From the NCBI RefSeq assembly GCF_039968395.1, contig NZ_JBDVPV010000001.1, positions 522,327-586,326 on the forward strand: 64,000 nucleotides of DNA. Direction: 5' to 3'. The translations under genes and the position numbers were made by a program. The notes beneath the pieces are model-generated. The model was not told where the DNA came from. It was given only the letters and a program-made list of their open reading frames with translations, and ran no database searches. Shown in pieces: positions 56,212 through 64,000 of this stretch (within the stretch, counting starts at the first letter, position 1; every line of letters begins with the position of its first letter). This stretch comes from Parasphingorhabdus sp. Lineage in GTDB: Bacteria > Pseudomonadota > Alphaproteobacteria > Sphingomonadales > Sphingomonadaceae.

Positions 56212-57090
56212 TCATTTGCAATTGGCTGCCTTTTTGCCGCTTGCAATCCGGCTGCTGAGCCGCCCGGCGGCCTGATCCGGATATACATCCTGCAATTCCG
56301 CCAATACCCGGCATGCATCATCCTTCTTGTCGAGTTGCACCAGCGCGGTGCTCAGAAAATACAGACTGTCAGCAGCACGGCCACCGCGCGGTTTTTTCTG
56401 ATAGTTTTCATAAAGCGCTACGGAGGCGAGTGCAGGCTTGCCGTCATCGAGATAGGCTCTGCCCAGAAGATTCTGGGCGAAGCTGGCCCGCCGATGATCG
56501 GGATGATCTGCTGCAGCTTTTTTTAGCTGGGTTTGGGCTTCGGGATAAAATTTGGCCTCCCATAGGCGATATCCATAAATATAGGCATCTTCGCCCGCGT
56601 CTCCGGTATCAGGCATGACAATCGCAGCCACTCCGTCAACCCGTTCGGGGTCCGGCGCTGCAGTCGCGCTGTTTTGTACCGGCGTGCTTTCGGACACCGC
56701 GCTTGTTGCGCCAGATGCCGTAGCTCCAGCAGCTGGTGCCGCGGAACTGGCTTCGATTGCCGACAAGCGGTTTTGCATTTTTGTCAGTTCAAAACCGTTT
56801 TGTTCCACCTGATTTGTGAGTGAAGCCAGGCTGCGTTCAAGCGCATCCACGCGGGTGATCAAATCGGAAACTGCCGATGTCGTATTCGAAGCCGCAGTTG
56901 TCGCTTCGCCGTCCGGTGCGATGTCAGGTTCGAAAAACCGGGATGTACCGCCGGGAAAGACCTTGCGCTGAACCGCGCGCATTTCCTGCTCAAGTCGGTC
57001 CACACGTTTGTCGACACCATTATTTTGTGCCGCTGCCGGCGCAGACACCAGCAGACTTGAAGCTAATAGGGACAGAATAACGGACTTCAT
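56212..57090 (-). CDS. cpoB: Tol-Pal system protein CpoB/YbgF (coiled coil plus TPR)
   Basis: The product has a signal peptide (MKSVILSLLASSLLVSAPAAA), an N-terminal coiled coil and C-terminal TPR repeats. Confidence 0.8.
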   Translation of the reverse strand: MKSVILSLLASSLLVSAPAAAQNNGVDKRVDRLEQEMRAVQRKVFPGGTSRFFEPDIAPDGEATTAASNTTSAVSDLITRVDALERSLASLTNQVEQNGFELTKMQNRLSAIEASSAAPAAGATASGATSAVSESTPVQNSATAAPDPERVDGVAAIVMPDTGDAGEDAYIYGYRLWEAKFYPEAQTQLKKAAADHPDHRRASFAQNLLGRAYLDDGKPALASVALYENYQKKPRGGRAADSLYFLSTALVQLDKKDDACRVLAELQDVYPDQAAGRLSSRIASGKKAANCK

Positions 57091-57210
57091 GCTGAGCCTC
57101 CTGGATGACAAGCGAGTATTTGGTTTCTGTTAACCATATATGATGTTGAAAAGTAAAGTGGCTTGGCCGGGCTTGATAACCCTGGACACCGAAATTTTGG
57201 ACGATCTTTC

Positions 57211-58083
57211 CTATTCGTTCGAAGTCGATCCCGGATTTGCGCTGTCCGATTGATCGCCAGTATCGGTTGAACTGGTGTTGGCACGCGCGACAAGCGCAGC
57301 TGCGCTGATCCCGACATCCTTGATCGTCCGTTCTGCGGTTCCCAGTGCAGGCACGACATTGCCGTCAATGGTTACGGTCAATGCATCGGGCCGTCCCGTC
57401 AAAATTTGAGGGCCGGCAGCATCTGCCGGAACAGTATAGGTTTCGCCGGCGGCCATTTCCTTTTCGAACATGCGTTCGCCATTTTCATCGTAAATTTTGA
57501 GCCAGACCGTTTCGGTTGCGGTCAGAACCACTGTTCCCGTGGCTGAGGGCTGTGTTCCGCCCACGGTCTGGGCATTTCCATCCTCGCGAACCTCAGCTGT
57601 GTTATCCTCTGCAAATTCAGTTGGGCCGGAAATGTCATCGAAATCAGCTGGCTGCAAAATAACCGTCCGCCAAATCACATATCCGACCAGAATGACGCCG
57701 CCGAGGCCTGCTGCCACGAGAGCGAGCGTCCGCGGCGGGATGCTGCTGGGATTGGCAGGAGAATATCCCGAGGTTTCCGGCTGATAGGCGGCATGCCCCT
57801 GATTATCCATTTCTTCACGCAATTGCGTGCCGATGGTCGCATCACTCAGTCCAACCGCGCGCGCATAGGATTTGCCGAAACCAATTGCATATGTGCGTCC
57901 CGGCAGGGCATCAAAATCACCAACTTCGATCGAAGATAAATGACGCTGCGGAATCCGTGTTGTCTTCGCAACTTCTTCAATGGAAAGGTTTTTCTGCTCG
58001 CGTGCCTGGCGCAACAACTCACCCGCGCTATGCAGACTCAATTCCGCGCCGTCGCCCGTGTTTTCTTCTGTATCTTCGGCCAT
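57211..58083 (-). CDS. rodZ: RodZ-like cytoskeleton protein (HTH, TM segment and DUF4115)
   Basis: The HTH region is AGELLRQAREQKNLSIEEVAKTTRIPQRHLSSIE. It is followed by a single TM segment and a C-terminal beta-rich domain. Confidence 0.75.
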   Translation of the reverse strand: MAEDTEENTGDGAELSLHSAGELLRQAREQKNLSIEEVAKTTRIPQRHLSSIEVGDFDALPGRTYAIGFGKSYARAVGLSDATIGTQLREEMDNQGHAAYQPETSGYSPANPSSIPPRTLALVAAGLGGVILVGYVIWRTVILQPADFDDISGPTEFAEDNTAEVREDGNAQTVGGTQPSATGTVVLTATETVWLKIYDENGERMFEKEMAAGETYTVPADAAGPQILTGRPDALTVTIDGNVVPALGTAERTIKDVGISAAALVARANTSSTDTGDQSDSANPGSTSNE

Positions 58084-58208
58084 AAAACTCTCCGACGGCC
58101 GGTTCGCTGTGCGACCCTATCCCTCAACTGCCCTTAGAAAAGCCATCTGGACGCCCAAATGTCAATCACTATCAACTGGCGACGGAATCTGTTTATGTAA
58201 AATCGGGT

Positions 58209-60497
58209 CTAACCGAGGTCGATTTGCTGTTCGCGGGCCCATGTTTCCAGTGTGGAGCGTGAATTCTTGGATGGTTGCGCAATCAGAGTCTGCATGAGTG
58301 CGGTAATGTCCGCCAGATTGGTCGAGCGGATCATTGCCTTGATCGGACCAACCGATGCCGGAGTGATGGAAAGACTTGTTATGCCGAGGCCCAGCAGTGC
58401 CAGCGCCTCCAGCGGTCTGCCGCCCATTTCCCCGCATACGCCCAGTTGAATGTCCAGCGAGTCCGCCTCGCGGGAGAGGCGCCCCAGAAACCGCAAAATG
58501 GCAGGGCTGAGCCAATCGAAGCGTTCGGCCAGTTTGGGATTGCTGCGATCTGCCGCGAACAGAAACTGGGTGAGGTCGTTGGTGCCAACCGACAGGAAAT
58601 CCAGGCGAGGTGCGATCAGGTCCAGGCATTCAGCAAGTGCAGGTACTTCCAGCATGGCGCCATAGCGAATGGACACCGGAAGCTGCTTTTTGCGCTTCTT
58701 GAGGAATTCCAGCTGTTTTTCGAAAACCGCTCTCGCTTCGTCAAATTCCCAAGGTTCGGCGATCAGCGGAAACATGACATTCAATTTGCGACCAGCCGAG
58801 GCTTCGAGCAACGCCCGGGCCTGCACCTTCATCAACGCATCACGCTCCAGTCCAATCCGAACCGCGCGCCAGCCCATTGCCGGGTTTTCTTCTTTTTGTT
58901 CGCTCGCCTGAAAATAAGCCAGCGGCTTGTCGCCGCCAATATCGACTGTTCGAAAAACAACCGGCTTGTCGCCAGCTGCATCGAGGACATCACGATAGAG
59001 ACGCAGCTGACCGGAGCGCCCGGGCATTGCAGCGGCCACCAGAAACTGGAATTCCGTGCGGAACAGCCCAATGCCGTCGGCGCCGGTCAGTTTCAGCATG
59101 CCGACATCATCACGTAGTCCGGCATTGATATTCAGATCGATCCGCGTCCCATCGAGTGTGACTGGCTCCTTGTCGCGCAGCGCCATATAGGTTGCGCGTT
59201 TTTTCTGGCTCAACTCCACCTGCGCCTCGAAGGATTCCTCCATCGACTGATTGGGACGGACGAACAGAATATTGTCATCCACGTTAAGCAGCAGGTGATC
59301 ATTCTCGCGGACGTTCTGACGAATATTCTGAACCTGACCCAGAATCGGAATGCCCATTGCGCGCGCGATAATCGTGACATGGGCGGTCAGAGAACCTTCT
59401 TCGAGCACCACGCCTTTCAGTCGGCGGCGATCATATTCGAGAAGCTCGGCAGGCCCCAGATTGCGCGCCAGCAGGATCGTGTCTTGCCGCAGTCCAAGCG
59501 TCGCTGCGGTTCCCATCTGTCCGGAAACAATGCGCAGCAGACGGTTCGCCAGATCTTCCAGATCATGCATGCGATCGGCGAGCAACGGGTCATCAATCTG
59601 GCGCATGCGCATCCGCGTATGCTGCTGCACGCGTTCAATCGCGGCTTCGGCGGTAAGACCGCTATCAATTGCCTCGTTGATGCGTCGACTCCAGCCTTCA
59701 TCATAAGCAAACATCTTGTACGTTTCGAGCACTTCTTCATGTTCGCCGCCGACCCCGAATTCGGCCTGGTTGGTCATCAGGTCAATCTGCAGACGCATTT
59801 TGTCGAACGCAGAGTAAACCCGGTGGCGCTCCGCTTCGGTATCTTCCGCAACCGTATGTTCAATTTTTACCCGCGGCTGGTGGAAGACAGCATAGCCACT
59901 TGCCTTGCCCTTCACCAATTGTAGTCCGCTTAATCGAATGGCACCGCTGTCCGTTGCTTCGGTCGCCTCCACGGAATTTTCGTCAATCAGTTCGGCATTG
60001 GAGATGAGTTCTGACAATACCATGGCAGCCGTCTGAAAAGCCTCGATTTCTTCTTCAAGATATTTGCGCGGCTCGATATGTTGGGCGCACAGGACGCCAA
60101 CCGCCTTCTGATTGCGTATGATCGGAACGCCTGCAAAACTGTGAAATTTTTCCTCGCCGGTTTCAGGCCGGTACTGGAAATCGGGATGAGCGGCCGCTTC
60201 GTCGAGGTTCAGCGTTTCTACATTTTTTGCGATGTAGCCGGTCAGGCCCTGTCCCAATGCCAGTTTTGTCAAATGGACTGCTTCCTGATTCAATCCGTGT
60301 GTCGCATAAAGTTCGAGCACCCCTTCACGGCGCAAATAAATCGAACAGACTTCGCTGCTCACCGCATCGGCAATGGTATCGACGACCTGGTTCAGCTTCG
60401 ACTGTGCATTGGTCGAAGAGGCCATGATCTCTCTCAGGCCGGTGAGGATGTTGCGCGCAGTAACGGGATCGGGGGTGGGATTAACGTCCATCGGCAA
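58209..60497 (-). CDS. ptsP: Phosphoenolpyruvate-protein phosphotransferase EI-Ntr (GAF plus PEP-utilising domains)
   Basis: The 762-aa product has an N-terminal GAF domain, a phosphohistidine region and a C-terminal PEP-binding TIM barrel. Confidence 0.9.
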   Translation of the reverse strand: MPMDVNPTPDPVTARNILTGLREIMASSTNAQSKLNQVVDTIADAVSSEVCSIYLRREGVLELYATHGLNQEAVHLTKLALGQGLTGYIAKNVETLNLDEAAAHPDFQYRPETGEEKFHSFAGVPIIRNQKAVGVLCAQHIEPRKYLEEEIEAFQTAAMVLSELISNAELIDENSVEATEATDSGAIRLSGLQLVKGKASGYAVFHQPRVKIEHTVAEDTEAERHRVYSAFDKMRLQIDLMTNQAEFGVGGEHEEVLETYKMFAYDEGWSRRINEAIDSGLTAEAAIERVQQHTRMRMRQIDDPLLADRMHDLEDLANRLLRIVSGQMGTAATLGLRQDTILLARNLGPAELLEYDRRRLKGVVLEEGSLTAHVTIIARAMGIPILGQVQNIRQNVRENDHLLLNVDDNILFVRPNQSMEESFEAQVELSQKKRATYMALRDKEPVTLDGTRIDLNINAGLRDDVGMLKLTGADGIGLFRTEFQFLVAAAMPGRSGQLRLYRDVLDAAGDKPVVFRTVDIGGDKPLAYFQASEQKEENPAMGWRAVRIGLERDALMKVQARALLEASAGRKLNVMFPLIAEPWEFDEARAVFEKQLEFLKKRKKQLPVSIRYGAMLEVPALAECLDLIAPRLDFLSVGTNDLTQFLFAADRSNPKLAERFDWLSPAILRFLGRLSREADSLDIQLGVCGEMGGRPLEALALLGLGITSLSITPASVGPIKAMIRSTNLADITALMQTLIAQPSKNSRSTLETWAREQQIDLG

Positions 60498-60585
60498 AGC
60501 CTAGCAGAAACCAATCGGTCAAGCGACACGCAATAGCTGCAGCAAGGGTGATTTTATTGCCGCCAAAGCGGCACGAGTTTGAAGT

Positions 60586-60744
60586 TCAGGCCTCGGCCAG
60601 CATTTCTTCCTTCAATCGGAGCTTTTCTTTTTTCAGGCTGTGGATGCGAATCGTATCTGGGACGGGTCTTGCTTCTTCATCACTAATTTTACGGTCAAGA
60701 GCTTCGTGTTTTCCGCGCAAGGCTGACACATGATTCTTATCCAT
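60586..60744 (-). CDS. DUF465 (YdcH-like) small protein, 52 aa
   Basis: This ORF is below the track size cutoff. My reverse-complement translation gives MDKNHVSALRGKHEALDRKISDEEARPVPDTIRIHSLKKEKLRLKEEMLAEA. Confidence 0.7.
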   Translation of the reverse strand: MDKNHVSALRGKHEALDRKISDEEARPVPDTIRIHSLKKEKLRLKEEMLAEA

Positions 60745-60934
60745 TATATTCTCCAAGATAGATGAAAATTAGGGTGATGAAAGTGGTTGCGGGTGTCCCT
60801 TTCTGCGTTCCGGCCAGATTTATGAATCCAGTCCGGTTGTTCACGATCCGATTTGTCTTGGTTTCGACAACGACCGTGAATAGAGTGAAGATGACAAATT
60901 TATTGCAGACAGGCAAGGGTGAATTAGGTCCAAT

Positions 60935-61138
60935 ATGGGGATGAGCGATGAAGAGTTGCGGCAACGGCTTGAGCTGCTGAGAATTGAACATCGCGACCTC
61001 GACGAAGCCGTCAGGGCGCTGCTGGAATCCGGCAATCAGGATCAGCTTCGGGTTGCCCGGCTGAAAAAGCGGAAGCTGCAACTGCGGGACCGCATCATTC
61101 TGATTGAGAACCAGCTGATCCCGGATATACTTGCCTGA
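60935..61138 (+). CDS. DUF465 (YdcH-like) small protein
   Basis: The product contains LRIEHRDLDEAV........D.L...RLKKRKL.L.D.I. Confidence 0.75.
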   Translation: MGMSDEELRQRLELLRIEHRDLDEAVRALLESGNQDQLRVARLKKRKLQLRDRIILIENQLIPDILA

Positions 61139-61321
61139 CCTCAGAGGCCTGGTTCGGGTCAACTAAAAGCCGTGTTTCCCAACCAATGCCGATTAACCGT
61201 TTTCGTCAACCCGTTAACCTGCTGTGCCTTGGCGTGTCACATTGAAACAACCAGATAATTAACCTTATTCGCTTCACATTTTAACTGTCCTTCCAGGCAG
61301 GATAGTTGCTATGACGCTTTC

Positions 61322-61777
61322 ATGTCGGACAGCGAAACACTTCTTACGCCCAAACTTCTGGACGCACTTTATACCGAAGCCATGGTGCTTGCGGACGAAG
61401 CGCGCTCCTATTTCGAATCGGGGCGCTTCAATGACGAATGTCCGGACGACGCCGAATTGTCGGTTTCATTTTCCTGTGAGTCGCTCAAAGTCACAACGCG
61501 TCTGATGCATTGTATTGCCTGGTTGTTGAATCAGAGAGCCTTGCATGGCGGAGAATTGACGGAAGGTGAGGCGTGGCATCATGACCGCGCACTGGGTTAT
61601 GCTGCGGCCAGTGACGATGGCATGGTCGCCTATTTTCCGGAAGAGGCACGCCAGATTGTGATGGCCAGCGAAGAACTTTTCTATCGGCTGGAACGGCTTT
61701 CTGCAAAACTTCAAACCGAAATGGAAGAAGAACCGGCGGTCCACAATCTGTTCCGCCGGCTTGAAAGTTCATTTTAG
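61322..61777 (+). CDS. DUF1465 family protein (RcdA-like protease adaptor family)
   Basis: The 151-aa helical protein contains LYTEAMVLADEARSYF and TTRLMHCIAWLL, which is typical of DUF1465. Confidence 0.65.
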   Translation: MSDSETLLTPKLLDALYTEAMVLADEARSYFESGRFNDECPDDAELSVSFSCESLKVTTRLMHCIAWLLNQRALHGGELTEGEAWHHDRALGYAAASDDGMVAYFPEEARQIVMASEELFYRLERLSAKLQTEMEEEPAVHNLFRRLESSF

Positions 61778-61806
61778 ATCAGGCTGTTTGAGCCGAATCG
61801 AGATCG

Positions 61807-62910
61807 TCAGGCCGACGCGCTCGTCTTCTGCTGCTCCATCGTCGGATAATCGATATAGCCTTCTTCGCCCTGGCTGTACCAGCTCGGGGTAAAGTCGATC
61901 GGATTCAGTTCGGCGCCTGCGCGGAATCTTGCCGGCAAATCAGGATTGGTCATGAACGTGCGGCCAAAGCTGATGGCGTCGGCATTGTTTTCGGCCAGTG
62001 CTTCAGTCGCATTGTCATAAAAATAGTCGCTGTTCAGAACGAGCGGCTTGTTGAACACCGGCCGGATGTCGGGGCTGACGCGCGGCACATCTGTATTTCC
62101 GTAAGTGCCATGTGCCGGCGGTTCGCGCAGTTCAAGAAACGCTATCCCGATATTGTCGAGCAATTTTGCGGCGGCGGTGAAAGTTTCAATCGGAGTCGCA
62201 TCATCAGCGCCCTGGGAATCTCCATTGGGGGACAGGCGAACAGCAACATGATCACTGTCCCAGACGTCGACCAGACGCTGAGTGACCTCGCCAAGCAAGC
62301 GGATCCGGTTTTCGATGGAGCCACCATATTCGTCTTCGCGGAAGTTACAGCCAGAGCGAATGAACTGATCGATCAGATAGCCGTTGGCGCTGTGCAGTTG
62401 CACTCCGTCAAAACCGGCCTTTTTCGCGTTTTCTGCTGCATTGGCATAATCATCCAGCAGACCCGGAATCTCGTCTTTTTCCAGTGGGCGTGCTTCTTCG
62501 TAATCCCGTTTGCCCTGATACGTGCGCACGCTTCCCGGTGCGGTCGTCGCCGAAGAGGAAACGGGCTTTTCACCGTTCAGAAAGTCAGGATGAACGATCC
62601 GGCCCATGTGCCAGAGCTGGCATATAATCCGTCCGCCAGCCTGATGAACCTGTTCGATAATCGGTTTCCACGCTTCAGTCTGGGCGTCGTTCCAGATTCC
62701 GGGTGCGAAGGGGGTGCCGAGGCCTTGCTGGCTGATACCGGTGGCTTCTGAAATAATCAGCCCCGCTCCGGCGCGCTGGGAATAATATTCGCCCATCATT
62801 GGTGTCGGGACAAAATCCATGGTGGAACGGCAACGGGTCAAAGGAGCCATCAGCATCCGGTTCGGAGCTTCGATAGCCCCCAGCTTGATGGGGTCGAATA
62901 ATGTTGTCAT
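61807..62910 (-). CDS. Old Yellow Enzyme family NADH:flavin oxidoreductase (alkene / N-ethylmaleimide reductase-like)
   Basis: The start MTTLFDPIKLGAIEAPNRMLMAPLTR is at 62910. OYE motifs are present, including HSANGYL. Confidence 0.85.
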   Translation of the reverse strand: MTTLFDPIKLGAIEAPNRMLMAPLTRCRSTMDFVPTPMMGEYYSQRAGAGLIISEATGISQQGLGTPFAPGIWNDAQTEAWKPIIEQVHQAGGRIICQLWHMGRIVHPDFLNGEKPVSSSATTAPGSVRTYQGKRDYEEARPLEKDEIPGLLDDYANAAENAKKAGFDGVQLHSANGYLIDQFIRSGCNFREDEYGGSIENRIRLLGEVTQRLVDVWDSDHVAVRLSPNGDSQGADDATPIETFTAAAKLLDNIGIAFLELREPPAHGTYGNTDVPRVSPDIRPVFNKPLVLNSDYFYDNATEALAENNADAISFGRTFMTNPDLPARFRAGAELNPIDFTPSWYSQGEEGYIDYPTMEQQKTSASA

Positions 62911-63061
62911 GAAAATGTCCCTGAATGGAGTTTGATTGTTAACTGCACAGTTAAGAGGACCGGTATCGAAATGCAATGCTTTGAAAGCGCATATATTCTG
63001 CCTATATTGATAGCCCCCGATTGATGGCTTATTCACAGCCAAGCCAAAACAGGAGTCGCTA

Positions 63062-63727
63062 ATGTCTGCCAGTCTGCCTGAAGATCCTACACTGGATGAA
63101 GTCCGCGTCTGTCTCGCGCCTTCTCTCGCCGCACAAGCCGCCTTTGATGGCTGGAACGAAAAGGCAGTCGCGTCGGCGGCTGATCAGGCAGGGGTAGACA
63201 AGGATCTTGCAAAACTGGCGTTTAACGATGGCATGGTCGACATGATCGCGGCCTGGTTCAATTCAGTCGATGAGCGCATGGCTGAAAAATATTCGACCGA
63301 AGAGCTGGGTGCGATGAAGATTCGGGAACGGATTACCAATCTGGTTCTCGCCCGCCTTGAAATTCTGGAACCCGATCGGGAAGGATTGCGCAGGGCACTC
63401 GCCATTCTTGCCGCGCCGCCCAATGTTCCGCTGGCCGCAAAACTGGGGTGGGGGGCTGCCGACAAGATGTGGCGACTGGCCGGCGATACGGCGACTGACT
63501 ATAATCACTACACAAAACGGACGTTGCTATCCGCAGTCTATGGTAGCACGATCAGTGTTTTCCTTGACGATGAAAGCGAAGAATATTCGGAAACGAAGGC
63601 CTTTCTTGACCGGCGGATCGAAAATGTGATGCAGTTTGAAAAGATCAAGGCCAGGATTACCCGTCCGGGAGCGGAGCGGTTCAGCATGGCAAGATTTTTC
63701 GGTCGATTGCGCTATCGGAATTTGTGA
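63062..63727 (+). CDS. COQ9 family protein (rpsU-divergently-transcribed type)
   Basis: The 221-aa helical protein has the C-terminal motif FLD.RI..VM.FEK. Confidence 0.7.
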   Translation: MSASLPEDPTLDEVRVCLAPSLAAQAAFDGWNEKAVASAADQAGVDKDLAKLAFNDGMVDMIAAWFNSVDERMAEKYSTEELGAMKIRERITNLVLARLEILEPDREGLRRALAILAAPPNVPLAAKLGWGAADKMWRLAGDTATDYNHYTKRTLLSAVYGSTISVFLDDESEEYSETKAFLDRRIENVMQFEKIKARITRPGAERFSMARFFGRLRYRNL

Positions 63728-63772
63728 ACTTTATAGAAACCCGTTCAATAAAAGACTCGCAAGCCGCTTCCT

Positions 63773-63791
63773 ATAATGATAATCACTCGCA
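63773..63791. promoter_or_regulatory. Fur box upstream of feoA
   Basis: In TATAATGATAATCACTCGC, the ATAATGATAATCA core is identical to the Fur consensus core. It ends 23 bp upstream of the feoA ATG. Confidence 0.55.
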
Positions 63792-63814
63792 ACTAATATG
63801 TTCCGAGTTCGATC

Positions 63815-64000
63815 ATGACCACATCAACATCTACCCGTATCACTCTCGATCGCCTGTCCATGCGTCAGTCAGCGGAGATTTCGGCGATTGACTGGCACTC
63901 CATGTCAGAAACGGAAGGGCGTCGGTTGCGAGCGCTTGGTCTTGATGAGGGCGTTGCAGTTGAAAAACTGCACAAGGGCATGTTCGGATTTAACGACCCC
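63815..64000 (+). CDS. feoA: Ferrous iron transport protein A (partial at the window end)
   Basis: The sequence L..L..GQSAEISAID......RLRALGLDEGVAVEKL shows a FeoA/SH3-like pattern. The ORF continues past the window edge. Confidence 0.7.
   Translation, partial: MTTSTSTRITLDRLSMRQSAEISAIDWHSMSETEGRRLRALGLDEGVAVEKLHKGMFGFNDP

Noticed and set aside
61193-61285. Four TTAAC motifs upstream of the DUF1465/RcdA-like gene, considered as possible CtrA boxes.
   Set aside because: None is arranged as the canonical TTAA-N7-TTAAC. The pairs are spaced 21-22 bp start to start. I cannot call a CtrA site without a PWM scan and a conservation check.
1-64000. A search for CRISPR arrays, tRNA/rRNA genes, IS elements, integrases, prophage or defence-island signatures.
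   Set aside because: I found no direct-repeat/spacer arrays and no tRNA-like T-arm motifs such as GGTTCGAATCC in a proper context. There are no transposase-, integrase- or recombinase-like ORFs. Apart from terminator hairpins, the only repetitive DNA is the internally repetitive lipoprotein gene. The window looks like core chromosome.

Overview
This 64 kb window reads as a gene-dense core chromosomal segment of an alphaproteobacterium. A Sphingomonadales origin is my inference, based on a PEPxxWA-CTERM protein, a PhoK/NPP-type phosphatase, a sahR-metF-split-metH operon, and DUF1489/DUF1465/DUF465/COQ9 genes. I support about 65 CDS.

Main gene content:
- Housekeeping and repair: dsbA-like/DUF721/mutY, nudC, mgtE, a cyclophilin, uvrB, rpoZ and ptsP.
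- Cell envelope: a complete ybgC-tolQRAB-pal cluster and a separate cpoB-tilS-ftsH-rodZ block.
- Methionine metabolism: a translationally coupled sahR-metF-metH(N)-metH(C) operon with a 20-bp perfect palindrome upstream.
- Periplasmic redox and phosphate: a DsbD-family/thioredoxin pair, two secreted phosphatase families, and three beta-lactamase-fold serine hydrolases.
- Other: a large M16 peptidase, a phospholipase-D-type enzyme, an OYE reductase, COQ9, and the start of feoA behind a good Fur box.

I see no rRNA, tRNA, CRISPR array, transposase, integrase or phage genes. I also cannot point to a convincing multi-gene novel system.

The items most worth follow-up are:
1. A bacterial CDC48/VCP-like double-ring AAA+ ATPase with no proteasome or cofactor context.
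2. An orphan promoter-to-terminator unit between that gene and a divergent LysR gene. It could be an sRNA or an attenuator and carries a CCUCUCCU stretch.
3. An AT-rich locus at about 34.7-35.6 kb with an unrecognisable small ORF, a perfect 13-bp hairpin and an orphan terminator.
4. A Fur-box-preceded, Cys-containing hypothetical protein.
5. Several motif-level oddities: a GST with a signal peptide, an EF-hand loop in a DUF3617 lipoprotein, and an Ala/Glu low-complexity lipoprotein.

All family calls come from motif recognition by eye. No database search was run.
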